This document shows positions 55,132 through 64,000 of a DNA stretch of 64,000 nt, piece by piece. The first letter of the stretch is position 1. Each line of letters opens with the position of its first letter. The notes beneath the pieces were generated by a model. The model did not search any database, was not told where the DNA came from, and saw only the letters and a program-made list of their open reading frames with translations. The stretch covers positions 253,364 through 317,363 of the forward strand of contig CAWIKY010000007.1 in assembly GCA_963836905.1 (NCBI GenBank). Direction: 5' to 3'. Made by a program: the position numbers and the translations under genes. The DNA is from an uncultured Alphaproteobacteria bacterium. Its GTDB lineage: Bacteria; Pseudomonadota; Alphaproteobacteria; Caulobacterales; Hyphomonadaceae.

Positions 55132-56697
55132 CTACTCTGCCGCCATGCTCTCCGGCGCCGGTGCGCTCCATTTCAGGACCGGTTTGCGGGCCGCTTTGGT
55201 CTCGTCCAGCCTGCGCAGCGGCGCATTAACCGGTGCCGCCTTGAGGCTGTCGTCGCCATCGCGGGCCCGCACAGCGACACGCTCCAGCGCATCGCAGAAC
55301 CGGTCAAGCTCATAGAGGCTTTCGGTCTCCGTCGGCTCGATCAGCATCGCGCCATGCACCACCAGAGGAAAGTACATGGTCATCGGGTGATAGCCCTCGT
55401 CGATCAGGGCCTTTGCAATGTCGATGGTTTCGACGCCATCGGCGGTAAAGGCATCGGAGAAGAGCGCCTCATGCATGCAATAGCCCTCGAAGGCCGGTGT
55501 CATGATGTGCTTCAGACGGGCCTGGATATAGTTGGCATTCAGCACGGCATCCTCGGCGACCTGTTTCAGCCCGTCCGCGCCATGACTGAGAATATAGGCG
55601 AGCGCGCGAACGAACATGCCCATCTGACCGTGAAACGCCGTCATCCGGCCAAAGCTGGTGCCTTTCGCGCTCTCGGTCTCCTCGACCAGCGAGAACGCGC
55701 CGTCGCTGCCTTTCACCACATAGGGCACGGGCGCATAGGGCGCGAGCGCTTCGGACAGCACCGTCGGGCCGGAGCCGGGGCCACCGCCGCCATGCGGGGT
55801 GGAAAAGGTCTTGTGCAGGTTGATGTGCATGGCATCGACGCCGAGATCGCCGGGGCGCACGCGCCCGACAATCGCGTTGAAGTTCGCGCCATCGCAGTAG
55901 AAATATCCGCCTGCATCATGGATCAGGTCGGCAATCTCGCGAATGTCGGTTTCAAACAGGCCGCAGGTGTTGGGGTTGGTCAGCATGATGCCGGCAATGT
56001 CATCCGTTCGGGACAGCTTTTCCCGCAGCGCCGCCATGTCGACCCGTCCGCGGGCATTGGCCTTGATCTCGTCCACCTCGAAGCCGCACTGGATGGCGGT
56101 GGCCGGATTGGTGCCATGGGCAGAGGCAGGCACCAGAACGCGGGTACGCTGCGCCAGTTCGCCCCGCACCTCGAGCGCCTTGCGGATGGCCAGCATTCCG
56201 CACAGCTCTCCATGCGCACCGGCTTTCGGGCTCATCGCGACGGCAGGCATGCCTGTCAGCGTTTTCAGCCAGCCTGCAAGTTCATCTATCAGTTCCAGCG
56301 CGCCCTGAATGGAGGTTTGCGGCTGCATCGGGTGAATATCGGCGAAACCGGGCAGACGTGCCACGCGCTCGTTGAGGCGCGGATTGTGCTTCATCGTGCA
56401 CGAGCCAAGCGGGAAGAGACCAAGATCAATGGCATAATTGCGTTGCGACAGGCGCACATAATGGCGCACGGCTTCCGGCTCGGAGAGACCGGGAAGCTCT
56501 ACATCGGCCTTGCGGGCGACCCCGCCCAGCCGGTCCGGCTTGCCGCGCGGCGTGTCCAGATCGACACCTGTGGAGGCCCAGCGATCCATGTCGAAGATCA
56601 GCGGCTCGGCCTGCAACAACGCATTGGCCCGCGTGGCATCTGTCGATGGCGAGGCGTGTTCGGCGCGGGTCGACCGGCCTGTAGAATTCATGGTCAT
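55132..56697 (-). CDS. gcvPB: glycine dehydrogenase (aminomethyl-transferring) subunit 2
   Basis: 521 aa starting at the ATG at 56697. PLGSCTMKHNP and the PLP-lysine context NLHKTFSTPHGGGGPG. Confidence 0.9.
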   Translation of the reverse strand: MTMNSTGRSTRAEHASPSTDATRANALLQAEPLIFDMDRWASTGVDLDTPRGKPDRLGGVARKADVELPGLSEPEAVRHYVRLSQRNYAIDLGLFPLGSCTMKHNPRLNERVARLPGFADIHPMQPQTSIQGALELIDELAGWLKTLTGMPAVAMSPKAGAHGELCGMLAIRKALEVRGELAQRTRVLVPASAHGTNPATAIQCGFEVDEIKANARGRVDMAALREKLSRTDDIAGIMLTNPNTCGLFETDIREIADLIHDAGGYFYCDGANFNAIVGRVRPGDLGVDAMHINLHKTFSTPHGGGGPGSGPTVLSEALAPYAPVPYVVKGSDGAFSLVEETESAKGTSFGRMTAFHGQMGMFVRALAYILSHGADGLKQVAEDAVLNANYIQARLKHIMTPAFEGYCMHEALFSDAFTADGVETIDIAKALIDEGYHPMTMYFPLVVHGAMLIEPTETESLYELDRFCDALERVAVRARDGDDSLKAAPVNAPLRRLDETKAARKPVLKWSAPAPESMAAE

Positions 56698-56784
56698 GAG
56701 CGAAGACCTTCGATTCGGAAATTCGGGGCGTGAGTTCAGGGCACGAAACGTTGGATGAGCTGGCACGTAACCGGCACGCCCCAT

Positions 56785-56910
56785 CCCCGGTCCCTCCCTG
56801 CAAGGAGGAGGGAAACCGGCACGTTGGCGATCCCCTCCCCTGCTTTCAGGGGAGGGGGTTGGGGTGGGGCGAACAACAGTCGGTCTCCCCCTGAAAGGGG
56901 AGACAAGGGG
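56785..56910. repeat. three GC-rich hairpins inside the gcvPA-gcvPB spacer
   Basis: TCCCTCC/GGAGGGA (56791-56813); a perfect 11-bp stem CCCCTCCCCTG-cttt-CAGGGGAGGGG (56832-56857); GTCTCCCC-ctgaaa-GGGGAGAC (56883-56904). Confidence 0.65.
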
Positions 56911-56925
56911 ATTCAGAGCGTCTCA

Positions 56926-58269
56926 TCACAGCACCTTCCCGAGCGCATCGGCATAGGCGGCGATGTCTTCCGTCGTGACGCATTCGGTGGCAGCGCAGAT
57001 GATCACATCATTCATGTCGCCCTCGGGGAAGAGACGTGAGGCGCGCACCCCGCCGACCACGCCATGTTCGTCGAGCGCGGCCAGAACCTCGCCTGCATCC
57101 TTGCCGACGCGGATGGCAAACTCGTTGAAGAAGCGCGGGGTGAGGACCTCCACGCCCGGCACAGCGGCGAGCGCATCCGCGAGATCGCAGGCGGCCTCAT
57201 GGTTCAGCTGCGCCAGACGTTTCAGGCCGGTTCCACCAAGCAGGGTCATGTGCGCGGTGAAGGCCAGCGCGCAGAGGCCCGAATTGGTGCAGATGTTCGA
57301 CGTCGCCTTGTCGCGGCGGATATGCTGTTCGCGGGTGGAAAGCGTGAGCACGAAGCCACGCGTTCCGTCAGCGTCCTCGGTCTCGCCGCATAGCCGACCC
57401 GGCATCTGACGGACAAGTTTCTCACGCGCCGCGAAGAGCCCGACATAGGGCCCGCCAAAGGTCAGCGGATTACCGATGGACTGGCCCTCACCAACGGCGA
57501 TATCCGCACCCATTTCGCCGGGCGGTGTGATGAGCCCGAGACTGACCGCCTCGGTAAAGACGGAGATCATCAGCGCGCCGTCAGCATGGGCCGCCTCGGA
57601 GACGGGCGAAAGGTCTGTCACGGTGCCGAACACGTTGGGTGACTGGCCGATGACGCAGGCGGTCTCGCCGGTAACAGCGTCGCAAAGCGCCAGTTCGCCA
57701 TCGACTGCCGCGTCAAGCTGGACCACTTCAATGCCTTGCGCCTCGCACAGCGTGCGGGTGGTGGCGGCATAATGCGGATGCAGGCCGCCGGAGAGCACGA
57801 CCCGTTTGCGGCGCGTCACGCGGCAGGCCATCAGCGCAGCTTCACCGCAGGCCGTCGAGCCGTCATACATGGAGGCGTTGGCGACATCCATTGCCGTCAG
57901 TTCCGCCACCTGCGTCTGAAACTCGAACAGGGTCTGCAGCGTGCCTTGCGCGATTTCCGGCTGGTAGGGCGTGTAGGTGGTCAGAAATTCCGAGCGCTGG
58001 ATGATGTGATCGACGCTGGCGGGCACATGATGCTTGTAGGCCCCGCAGCCGACAAAGAACGGGCCCTCGCTCGCCGTACGGTTCTTGCCGGCCAAACGTT
58101 CAAGATGACGGGTGACCTGCAATTCGCCCTGATGATCAGCCAGCCCGTCGACCTTGCCGCCCAAGCGAGCCAGTTTTGGCACATCCTCGTAAAAAGCATC
58201 GACGGAGGGCGCGCCGATCCGGTCCAGCATGGCGGCGCGGTCTTCGGGCTTCAGGGGGAGGTAGCGCAT
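56926..58269 (-). CDS. gcvPA: glycine dehydrogenase (aminomethyl-transferring) subunit 1
   Basis: 447 aa. [19 protein letters not shown] start, and the [15 protein letters not shown] and FGGPYVG motifs. Confidence 0.9.
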   Translation of the reverse strand: MRYLPLKPEDRAAMLDRIGAPSVDAFYEDVPKLARLGGKVDGLADHQGELQVTRHLERLAGKNRTASEGPFFVGCGAYKHHVPASVDHIIQRSEFLTTYTPYQPEIAQGTLQTLFEFQTQVAELTAMDVANASMYDGSTACGEAALMACRVTRRKRVVLSGGLHPHYAATTRTLCEAQGIEVVQLDAAVDGELALCDAVTGETACVIGQSPNVFGTVTDLSPVSEAAHADGALMISVFTEAVSLGLITPPGEMGADIAVGEGQSIGNPLTFGGPYVGLFAAREKLVRQMPGRLCGETEDADGTRGFVLTLSTREQHIRRDKATSNICTNSGLCALAFTAHMTLLGGTGLKRLAQLNHEAACDLADALAAVPGVEVLTPRFFNEFAIRVGKDAGEVLAALDEHGVVGGVRASRLFPEGDMNDVIICAATECVTTEDIAAYADALGKVL

Positions 58270-58334
58270 CTGGTCTTCGTCCTCTGGTCCCGCGATGGCG
58301 AGACACTTTGAAATTGGGTTGCTGGTCTATTGGA

Positions 58335-58354
58335 GATCCCCGCCTTTGCGGGGA
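58335..58354. repeat. perfect 8-bp hairpin ATCCCCGC-cttt-GCGGGGAT in the gcvH-gcvPA spacer
   Basis: Read directly from the sequence. It has the same cttt loop as the 56832-56857 hairpin. Confidence 0.5.
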
Positions 58355-58385
58355 TGACCCTGGGCGTAGAAATCAATGTTGCGGT

Positions 58386-58757
58386 CTAGAGCCCGTCGCA
58401 GAACGACTTGTAGGCCGCAGCATCCATCAGCCCGTCAAGCTGGGCGGTGTCGGAAAGCTTCAGCTTGCAGAACCAGCCCTTGCCTTCGGGGTCTTCGTTG
58501 ACGGTTTCGGGCGCATCGGCGAGGTCTGTGTTGGCCTCGATCACCTCGCCGTCCACAGGTGCATAGACGTCAGACGCTGCCTTGACGCTCTCGACCACGG
58601 CCATGTCGTCGCCCTTTGAGACGGACTTGCCGGTATCGGGCGTTTCGACGAACACGACATCGCCCAGCGCTTCGGCAGCGTATTTGGTGATGCCGACCGT
58701 GCCGGTATCACCGGTCACGTCGATCCATTCATGGTCCTGCGTATAGTAGATGGTCAT
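58386..58757 (-). CDS. gcvH: glycine cleavage system protein H
   Basis: 123 aa starting at the ATG at 58757 (AGGAAA upstream). Lipoyl-lysine context [13 protein letters not shown]. Confidence 0.9.
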   Translation of the reverse strand: MTIYYTQDHEWIDVTGDTGTVGITKYAAEALGDVVFVETPDTGKSVSKGDDMAVVESVKAASDVYAPVDGEVIEANTDLADAPETVNEDPEGKGWFCKLKLSDTAQLDGLMDAAAYKSFCDGL

Positions 58758-58782
58758 GTGTGTGTTTCCTGTTTGATCCCGA

Positions 58783-59949
58783 TCACCGTTTGTAGTTCGC
58801 CTCGACAAAAGGCAGCCGTGCGACTTCCGCCTCGCGCGGTTTGCCCCGCACCATCAGCGCCACCTTCGTGCCGTCCGCAGCGTGTTCAGACAGGATATAG
58901 CCCATGGCCACCGGCCCATCCACGCTCGGCCCGAACCCGCCAGAGGTAATCTGGCCGACCGTCTGGCTGTTCACCAGAATATCCGTGCCTTCCCGCGCCG
59001 GAGCCTTCTCCAGCGGCCGGATACCGACACGTTTTTCCTTCGTGCCAGTCTTCAACTGGTCGAGGATTTTCGCGGCGCCCGGAAAGTCGGCACGTTCGCG
59101 GCGCGATTTCTGGATCACCCAGGCAAGATCGGCCTCGACCGGCGTGCGGGCATGGTCCATGTCGCTGCCATAGAGGCACAGCCCGGCTTCAAGCCGCAGA
59201 CTGTCGCGTGCGGCCAGCCCGATAGGCTTTACACGGTCATCGGTCAGCAAGTCCTTCACCAGCGCAACGCCGTCTGCTTGCGGCAGCAGGAACTCGAACC
59301 CGTCCTCGCCGGTATAACCGCAGCGCGAGATGGCCTTGAACGCACCGTCCGGATGGATGTCCACGCGGCCGCGCATGAAGGCAAGACCGGCCAGATCAGG
59401 GAAATGATCGTTCAGGACGGCTTCTGCTTCCGGACCCTGCAAGGCGACCAGAACATGATCCTCATCGGCCCTGGTCAGCCGGGCCTTGTCGCCGGAAACA
59501 CGTTCGAACGTCTCAAAATCCTTCGCCTTCACCGCGCCGTTGACGACGATGTAGAGCGTGCCCTGATCCTTGTCGTCCTGCGGCCGTGTAATGATGAGAT
59601 CGTCGAGAATACCGCCATCATCGTTGAGCAGAACGGTCAGTCTGCCCTGCCCCGGTTTCAGCGCGGCGATGTCGCTTGGAACGACCTGCTCGATGATGGC
59701 GGAAATGGCTTTGTGGGCCGCATCGCCCGTCAGGCTCGTGTCGGTCAGGCTGAGAAAGCACGGCCCCATGTGAGACACATCGAAGAGACCGGCATGCTCG
59801 CGCGTCCAGAGATGCTCGGCTTTGACGCCTTCGAACTGCATCGGCATGTCATAGCCCGCAAACGGGCCCATCTTCGCGCCGTGCTCAACGTGAACGGCAT
59901 GAAGCGGCGTGCGCTTGTTCAGGGCAAAATCTTCGGTGGCATCAGTCAC
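58783..59949 (-). CDS. gcvT: glycine cleavage system aminomethyltransferase
   Basis: 388 aa with a GTG start. [27 protein letters not shown] and LFDVSHMG. Confidence 0.9.
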   Translation of the reverse strand: MTDATEDFALNKRTPLHAVHVEHGAKMGPFAGYDMPMQFEGVKAEHLWTREHAGLFDVSHMGPCFLSLTDTSLTGDAAHKAISAIIEQVVPSDIAALKPGQGRLTVLLNDDGGILDDLIITRPQDDKDQGTLYIVVNGAVKAKDFETFERVSGDKARLTRADEDHVLVALQGPEAEAVLNDHFPDLAGLAFMRGRVDIHPDGAFKAISRCGYTGEDGFEFLLPQADGVALVKDLLTDDRVKPIGLAARDSLRLEAGLCLYGSDMDHARTPVEADLAWVIQKSRRERADFPGAAKILDQLKTGTKEKRVGIRPLEKAPAREGTDILVNSQTVGQITSGGFGPSVDGPVAMGYILSEHAADGTKVALMVRGKPREAEVARLPFVEANYKR

Positions 59950-60007
59950 GGTTCAGTCAGGACTCCGGTTGGCGGTCGCGCAAAAGCCGTGCTGGCCTTG
60001 CCGAACA

Positions 60008-60196
60008 CCCCCGCTGTCCCTGACGCCTGAGAGATTCCGCAGCGCCCGCATACCGGCCCCTGCTTGCTCCTTCGGCGAGACTGTCACCCCGTTACGGACG
60101 CAGCCTCTTTCCAGCGTTTACCTTCCCTGACGGTCCCTGTTGCCTGAGCGTTTCCGGGGTGGTTGCGCCTTCGGCCCCGGTCTCTAGAGGCCGGCG
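60008..60196 (-). promoter_or_regulatory. tandem glycine riboswitch (two aptamers) in the gcvT leader
   Basis: The minus-strand RNA reads CGGGAGACGCC...ACCGGGGCCGAAGGCGCAACC...CTCAGGCAACAGGGACCG, then CGCTGGAAAGAGGCTGCG...CTCGCCGAAGGAGCAAGC...CTCTCAGGCGTCAGGGACAG. This matches the GGAGAG / CCGAAGG-GCAA / CTCAGGCA-AGGGAC consensus blocks twice. Confidence 0.8.
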
Positions 60197-60298
60197 TCTC
60201 CCGTCATGGGTGAAGCCCGCAGGCTCCACGCATGAAAATAGAGGGCTCGGCGGGACTGTCAAACGATTCGATGGGCGAGGGAGAAAGTCCCCTGCCTC

Positions 60299-61705
60299 TC
60301 ACGTCTCCACGGGCTTGCCGCCGCCATACCAGTTGATGTCGCGGGTCATCCACATGGTTAGCGCAATCGCGGTAAAGCTGGCCAGCGCGCCGACCAGAAG
60401 CGCATAGTCTTCCAGCCGCATCAGGACGTAGATGAGCGCATAGACACCGGTGAGAATGCCCATGGCCCGCCAGCCATATTTGCGGCTCGCAAACACCGTC
60501 GCTGCATAGCCCGACGTCAGAACGACAGTCATGACGGCCGCGATAAGAAACGCGATGTCGAAGCCCGCCTGCTCAGCAAGCGCCAGAAGCAGAAGATAGA
60601 AAACCGACTGGGCCAGCCCGACCAGCACGTATTGCGCCGGGTGAGCACGCTGTCCGCTCGTCACCTCGAACAGGAAATAGGCCAGAAACACGAAGCCGAT
60701 GAACATCAGCGCATATTTCAGCGCCCGCTGGACCGACTGGTAAGGCGAGTTTGGCGTTACCAGACTGACAGCCATCAGCGCGTCCGGAGAGACGGTCGCG
60801 GCAAGTGATATGTTTGCGCCCGCGCCGGGAATGCCGCGCGCCTCATACGGGACGACCCAGTTGGCCGTGAAGCCTTCGGTGGCGTCCGGGTTGTCGTAGT
60901 CGCGATACTGGAAGGCACCGGTGAAAGAGGGGTCGTCCCAGTCGCTGGCAAGAGCCAGCGTGGTTTCACGGGCAAACGGCGCAAAGCCGATCTTCTCCGC
61001 GCCGGAAAACTGCATGTCCGTCGTGACGCTAATCGGGCCGGTGAAGGTTTCCAGCGCCGGGAACCGGGCCGCCAGGGGGGTGTAGCCCGTTTGCCCGTAG
61101 CGGCCATACTCATCTCCAGTGCTGCCGGATGCGGGCTGCGTTGTCGGTTCGACATCAAATGTCTCTCCGTTCACGGTCAGCACGGTCGGGGCCATGACGC
61201 CGCGTGTATCGCTCAGCGACATGTAAAGGGCTGCGCGCCGCCAGTCCACACGCGCATCGTCGGGAAAGAGGGTAGCAAACCGTTCGGGCTGGAACTCTGC
61301 CGTCGTGCGCACGCGGGCTTCATAGACAGGCACATCATGAATGCCGCGCTTGCGGACCTGCGTATCCACGGCGGCGTCAATCGTGCCGGTCTCGGCATAA
61401 ACAACGGCCAGCCCGCGTTCGGTGCGGGTTTCCTTGTTTTCGCGAATGGTGCGCGACCAGGGTACGGCCAGGGCCGGCCCCATGACCACCTGCTCGCCGC
61501 CATAGCGCCCGGAAACATCCGCGACCGCCGCTTCCGCGCGCGAGGAGCGGTCATAGACGACTGCAAAGACAAACAGTGCCGGGATCGCCATTAACAGCGC
61601 CAGCACACAGACAAGCAGCAATTTCAGTCCAAATGAGCGCTGCGGCAGCCAGCCGGGCGCGGATGTCGGTGTGCGAAAGGGCATACCGGTTGAGGTATCT
61701 GACAT
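60299..61705 (-). CDS. creD: cell envelope integrity protein CreD
   Basis: 468 aa with an N-terminal TM, a large periplasmic domain and C-terminal multi-TM architecture. QSVQRALKYALMFIGFVFLAYFLFE is a typical CreD segment. Confidence 0.75.
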   Translation of the reverse strand: MSDTSTGMPFRTPTSAPGWLPQRSFGLKLLLVCVLALLMAIPALFVFAVVYDRSSRAEAAVADVSGRYGGEQVVMGPALAVPWSRTIRENKETRTERGLAVVYAETGTIDAAVDTQVRKRGIHDVPVYEARVRTTAEFQPERFATLFPDDARVDWRRAALYMSLSDTRGVMAPTVLTVNGETFDVEPTTQPASGSTGDEYGRYGQTGYTPLAARFPALETFTGPISVTTDMQFSGAEKIGFAPFARETTLALASDWDDPSFTGAFQYRDYDNPDATEGFTANWVVPYEARGIPGAGANISLAATVSPDALMAVSLVTPNSPYQSVQRALKYALMFIGFVFLAYFLFEVTSGQRAHPAQYVLVGLAQSVFYLLLLALAEQAGFDIAFLIAAVMTVVLTSGYAATVFASRKYGWRAMGILTGVYALIYVLMRLEDYALLVGALASFTAIALTMWMTRDINWYGGGKPVET

Positions 61706-61817
61706 GACAGTCTCCGAAAGTATCGTAAGACGGTATCAGGCACTTCGATTCGGGCCGCAATCCGGCAAGGTTACGGCCCGGTAAGGTTTTCCGGAGGCGC
61801 GTTGCCCCGCCCCGCCC

Positions 61818-63161
61818 TTATTTCGCGACGAGCTCGACCATCATTTTCGTATAGCCTTTGACGAAGGAACCGCGGGTGCGGGTCGGTTCGCCCACAACCT
61901 TCACATCGGAAAACCGCTTGAAGATCTCTTCCCAGAGTATCTTGAGCTGCTGTTCTGCCAGACGGTTGCCGACACAGCGATGTATGCCGAAGCCGAAAGA
62001 CAAATGACGACGCACGTTCGGGCGGTCGATCCAAAGATCGTTCGGGCGCTCGAAGTGCTTTTCGTCGCGATTGCCAGAGACGTACCACATCACGACCTTG
62101 TCGCCTTCCCTGATCGTCTTGCCGCCAAGCTCGACGTCTTCGGTTGCGGTGCGGCGCATGTGGGCCAGCGGGGTCTGCCAGCGGATGACTTCCGAGACCA
62201 TTGACGGGATGAGGCTATGGTCCGCTTTCAGCTTGTCGAACTCTTGCGGGAACTGGTTGAGGCCGAAAACGCTCGCCGTCATCGTGCTGCGTGTCGTGTC
62301 ATTGCCACCAACGATCAACAGAACCAGATTACCGAGATACTCCATCGGGTCCATATTGCGGGTGTGCTCACCATGCGCCAGCATCGAGATAAGGTCATTG
62401 CCCGGCTCTTCGGAATTGACACGCTCGTTCCACAGATTGGTGAAATAGCCGAGACATTCGAGAAGCTCTTCCTTCCACTGCTCGACGCCGCCGGGGCAGA
62501 TCTCCGGGTTTTCGCGCCCGACAACCACATCCGACCAGCGGGTCAGCTTGCGGCGTTCCTCGAACGGAAAGTCGAACAGCGTTGCCAGCATCATGGTGGT
62601 CAGCTCGATCGAGACCTTGTCGACCCAGTCGAAGGGCTCGCCGACAGGCAGGCTGTCCAGCACGAAGGCCGTGCGCTCACGGATCAGTGCTTCGAAGTTC
62701 TTCAGATTGTCCGGGCCGACGATGGGCTGCACGGTCTTGCGCTGCACATCATGCTTGGGCGGGTCCATCGCGATGAACATCGGCATGATGAAATCCTCGT
62801 CCATGTCGAACATGGTGATGCCGCCCTTGTAGGCATCCGAGGAGAAGCGCTGATGGTCGGTATCGACGGCCATGATGTCGTCATAGGTGGTGACCGACCA
62901 GTACGGGCCGAACGGGCTGTCGGCCGTATAATGCACGGGGTCTTCCTCGCGGAGACGTTCGAAACGATCCCAGAACGCGTTGTTTACCCAAAGCTCGGGG
63001 TCGGCAATTTCCAGCGTATCGAGATCGATCTGCGAGGCAGGCGGGATCGGGGTGCCAGGAACGATATGGTTTTCGTGTATCCGCCCGTCCGGCAGACGGT
63101 CGAAATTGCTGACGAATTCGCGTTCCTTCTCAGGTTCAACAAGCGTTGCCGTATCTGCCAT
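61818..63161 (-). CDS. cytochrome P450, CYP153-like (alkane/hydrophobic-substrate terminal hydroxylase family)
   Basis: 447 aa starting at the ATG at 63161 (GGGAGAG upstream). GGNDTTRST, EVIRWQTPLAHMRR, heme loop HLSFGFGIHRCVGNRLAE, and C-terminal VVGEPTRTRGSFVKGY. Confidence 0.85.
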   Translation of the reverse strand: MADTATLVEPEKEREFVSNFDRLPDGRIHENHIVPGTPIPPASQIDLDTLEIADPELWVNNAFWDRFERLREEDPVHYTADSPFGPYWSVTTYDDIMAVDTDHQRFSSDAYKGGITMFDMDEDFIMPMFIAMDPPKHDVQRKTVQPIVGPDNLKNFEALIRERTAFVLDSLPVGEPFDWVDKVSIELTTMMLATLFDFPFEERRKLTRWSDVVVGRENPEICPGGVEQWKEELLECLGYFTNLWNERVNSEEPGNDLISMLAHGEHTRNMDPMEYLGNLVLLIVGGNDTTRSTMTASVFGLNQFPQEFDKLKADHSLIPSMVSEVIRWQTPLAHMRRTATEDVELGGKTIREGDKVVMWYVSGNRDEKHFERPNDLWIDRPNVRRHLSFGFGIHRCVGNRLAEQQLKILWEEIFKRFSDVKVVGEPTRTRGSFVKGYTKMMVELVAK

Positions 63162-63219
63162 GATCGTATCTCTCCCGGAGTTTTTCACGGGATATAACAC
63201 GGACCTGTTTATAAAACTA

Positions 63220-63233
63220 TGACGCCTGCGTCA
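63220..63233. promoter_or_regulatory. perfect palindrome TGACGC-ct-GCGTCA upstream of the CYP153-like gene
   Basis: 6-bp arms located 59-72 nt upstream of the ATG at 63161. Same core as 21901-21916. Confidence 0.35.
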
Positions 63234-63268
63234 CTTTTTGCGAAACGGCACGGAAACGCCTGAAGCCT

Positions 63269-64000
63269 TCATCCGTCGAACATCTTGGAAATGCTCTCAT
63301 CATTCGCGATCCGCCTGATCGCTTCGCCGATGACCGGAGCGACGGGCAGGAAGCGGACACTTGAAGACTTGAGAGCCGCTTCAGTGGGCGCAATGGTGTC
63401 GGAGGTGACGATCTCGGTCAGTACCGATTTCTCGATACGCTCGACAGCTCCGCCCGAGAGAACGCCATGCGTGACGTAGGCAGAGACCGAGACTGCGCCT
63501 TCATCCATCAGGGCCGCAGCCGCATTGCAGAGCGTGCCGCCGCTGTCGCACATATCGTCATAGATGATGCATTCGCGGCCTGCGACATCGCCGATGATGT
63601 TCATCACCTCGCTTTCGCCTGCACGCGGGCGGCGCTTGTCAACAATGGCGAGATCGCATTCCAGACGATTGGCCAGCGCACGGGCGCGGATCACACCGCC
63701 GACATCCGGAGACACGATCACCAGCCCCGTCGTGTCGCCGCGGCGCGAGATATCTCGTCCCATGACCGGTACGGCGAAAAGGTTGTCTGTCGGGACATCG
63801 AAAAAGCCCTGGATCTGCCCCGCATGAAGGTCCATCGTCAGAACCCTGTCAGCGCCTGCCACCTCGATCATGTTGGCCACCAGCTTGGCCGAAATGGGCG
63901 TGCGGCCGTCGGTCTTGCGGTCCTGCCGGGCATATCCGAAATACGGGATGACGGCCGTGATCCGGCGCGCGGAAGCCCGTTTGAGCGCATCCATCGCAAT
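63269..64000 (-). CDS. prs: ribose-phosphate pyrophosphokinase (N-terminus beyond window end)
   Basis: [27 protein letters not shown], and the PRPP loop [12 protein letters not shown]. The frame stays open to base 64000. Confidence 0.9.
   Translation of the reverse strand: MAMDALKRASARRITAVIPYFGYARQDRKTDGRTPISAKLVANMIEVAGADRVLTMDLHAGQIQGFFDVPTDNLFAVPVMGRDISRRGDTTGLVIVSPDVGGVIRARALANRLECDLAIVDKRRPRAGESEVMNIIGDVAGRECIIYDDMCDSGGTLCNAAAALMDEGAVSVSAYVTHGVLSGGAVERIEKSVLTEIVTSDTIAPTEAALKSSSVRFLPVAPVIGEAIRRIANDESISKMFDG

Noticed and set aside
60241-60298. RNase P-like GGAGAAAGTCC motif near 60270-60290
   Set aside because: Only a short fortuitous match. The surrounding sequence lacks the other universally conserved RNase P RNA blocks, and the region is too short.

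Overview
This is a 64-kb, high-GC chromosomal segment from an alphaproteobacterium. Supporting markers are a DivL-type Tyr pseudo-histidine kinase, alpha-type AddAB, an alpha-type SspB, and tsaE-amgK-murU-addB-addA-trxA synteny. The content is mostly core housekeeping, with about 55 protein genes. These include galU/manC, rluB, mtgA, purD, xseA, divL, tsaE, addBA, trxA, icd, queCD, murC/murB, sdhB, gcvT-H-PA-PB, prs, a TonB-dependent receptor and an S9 oligopeptidase. There is also one tRNA-Leu(UAA), a tandem glycine riboswitch, two type II TA cassettes (ParDE, VapBC), and a family of GC-rich palindromic intergenic mosaic elements. I saw no CRISPR array, transposase, integrase, prophage or rRNA. 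I did not find a convincing multi-gene novel system. The best leads are as follows. (1) A class I P450 system is scattered over the window: a CYP153-type P450, a second P450 translationally coupled to a DUF2855 protein, and a lone ferredoxin-reductase/ferredoxin operon. The CYP153 and reductase promoters share a TGACGC-N2-GCGTCA palindrome. (2) Four independent single-base +1 frame disruptions sit at short homopolymers in otherwise intact conserved genes: murB, addB, vapC, and a small-ORF/USP pair. Because murB is essential, these most likely reflect assembly indel errors, but each changes the annotation. (3) Palindromic mosaic repeats occupy the spacers of essential operons (murC-murB, gcvH-gcvPA-gcvPB). 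(4) A low-GC small ORF with a C2H2-like motif is inserted directly after murC. (5) A full CtrA-type box lies upstream of the DivL-like gene. All homology calls come from reading the translated ORFs, and no database search was run.
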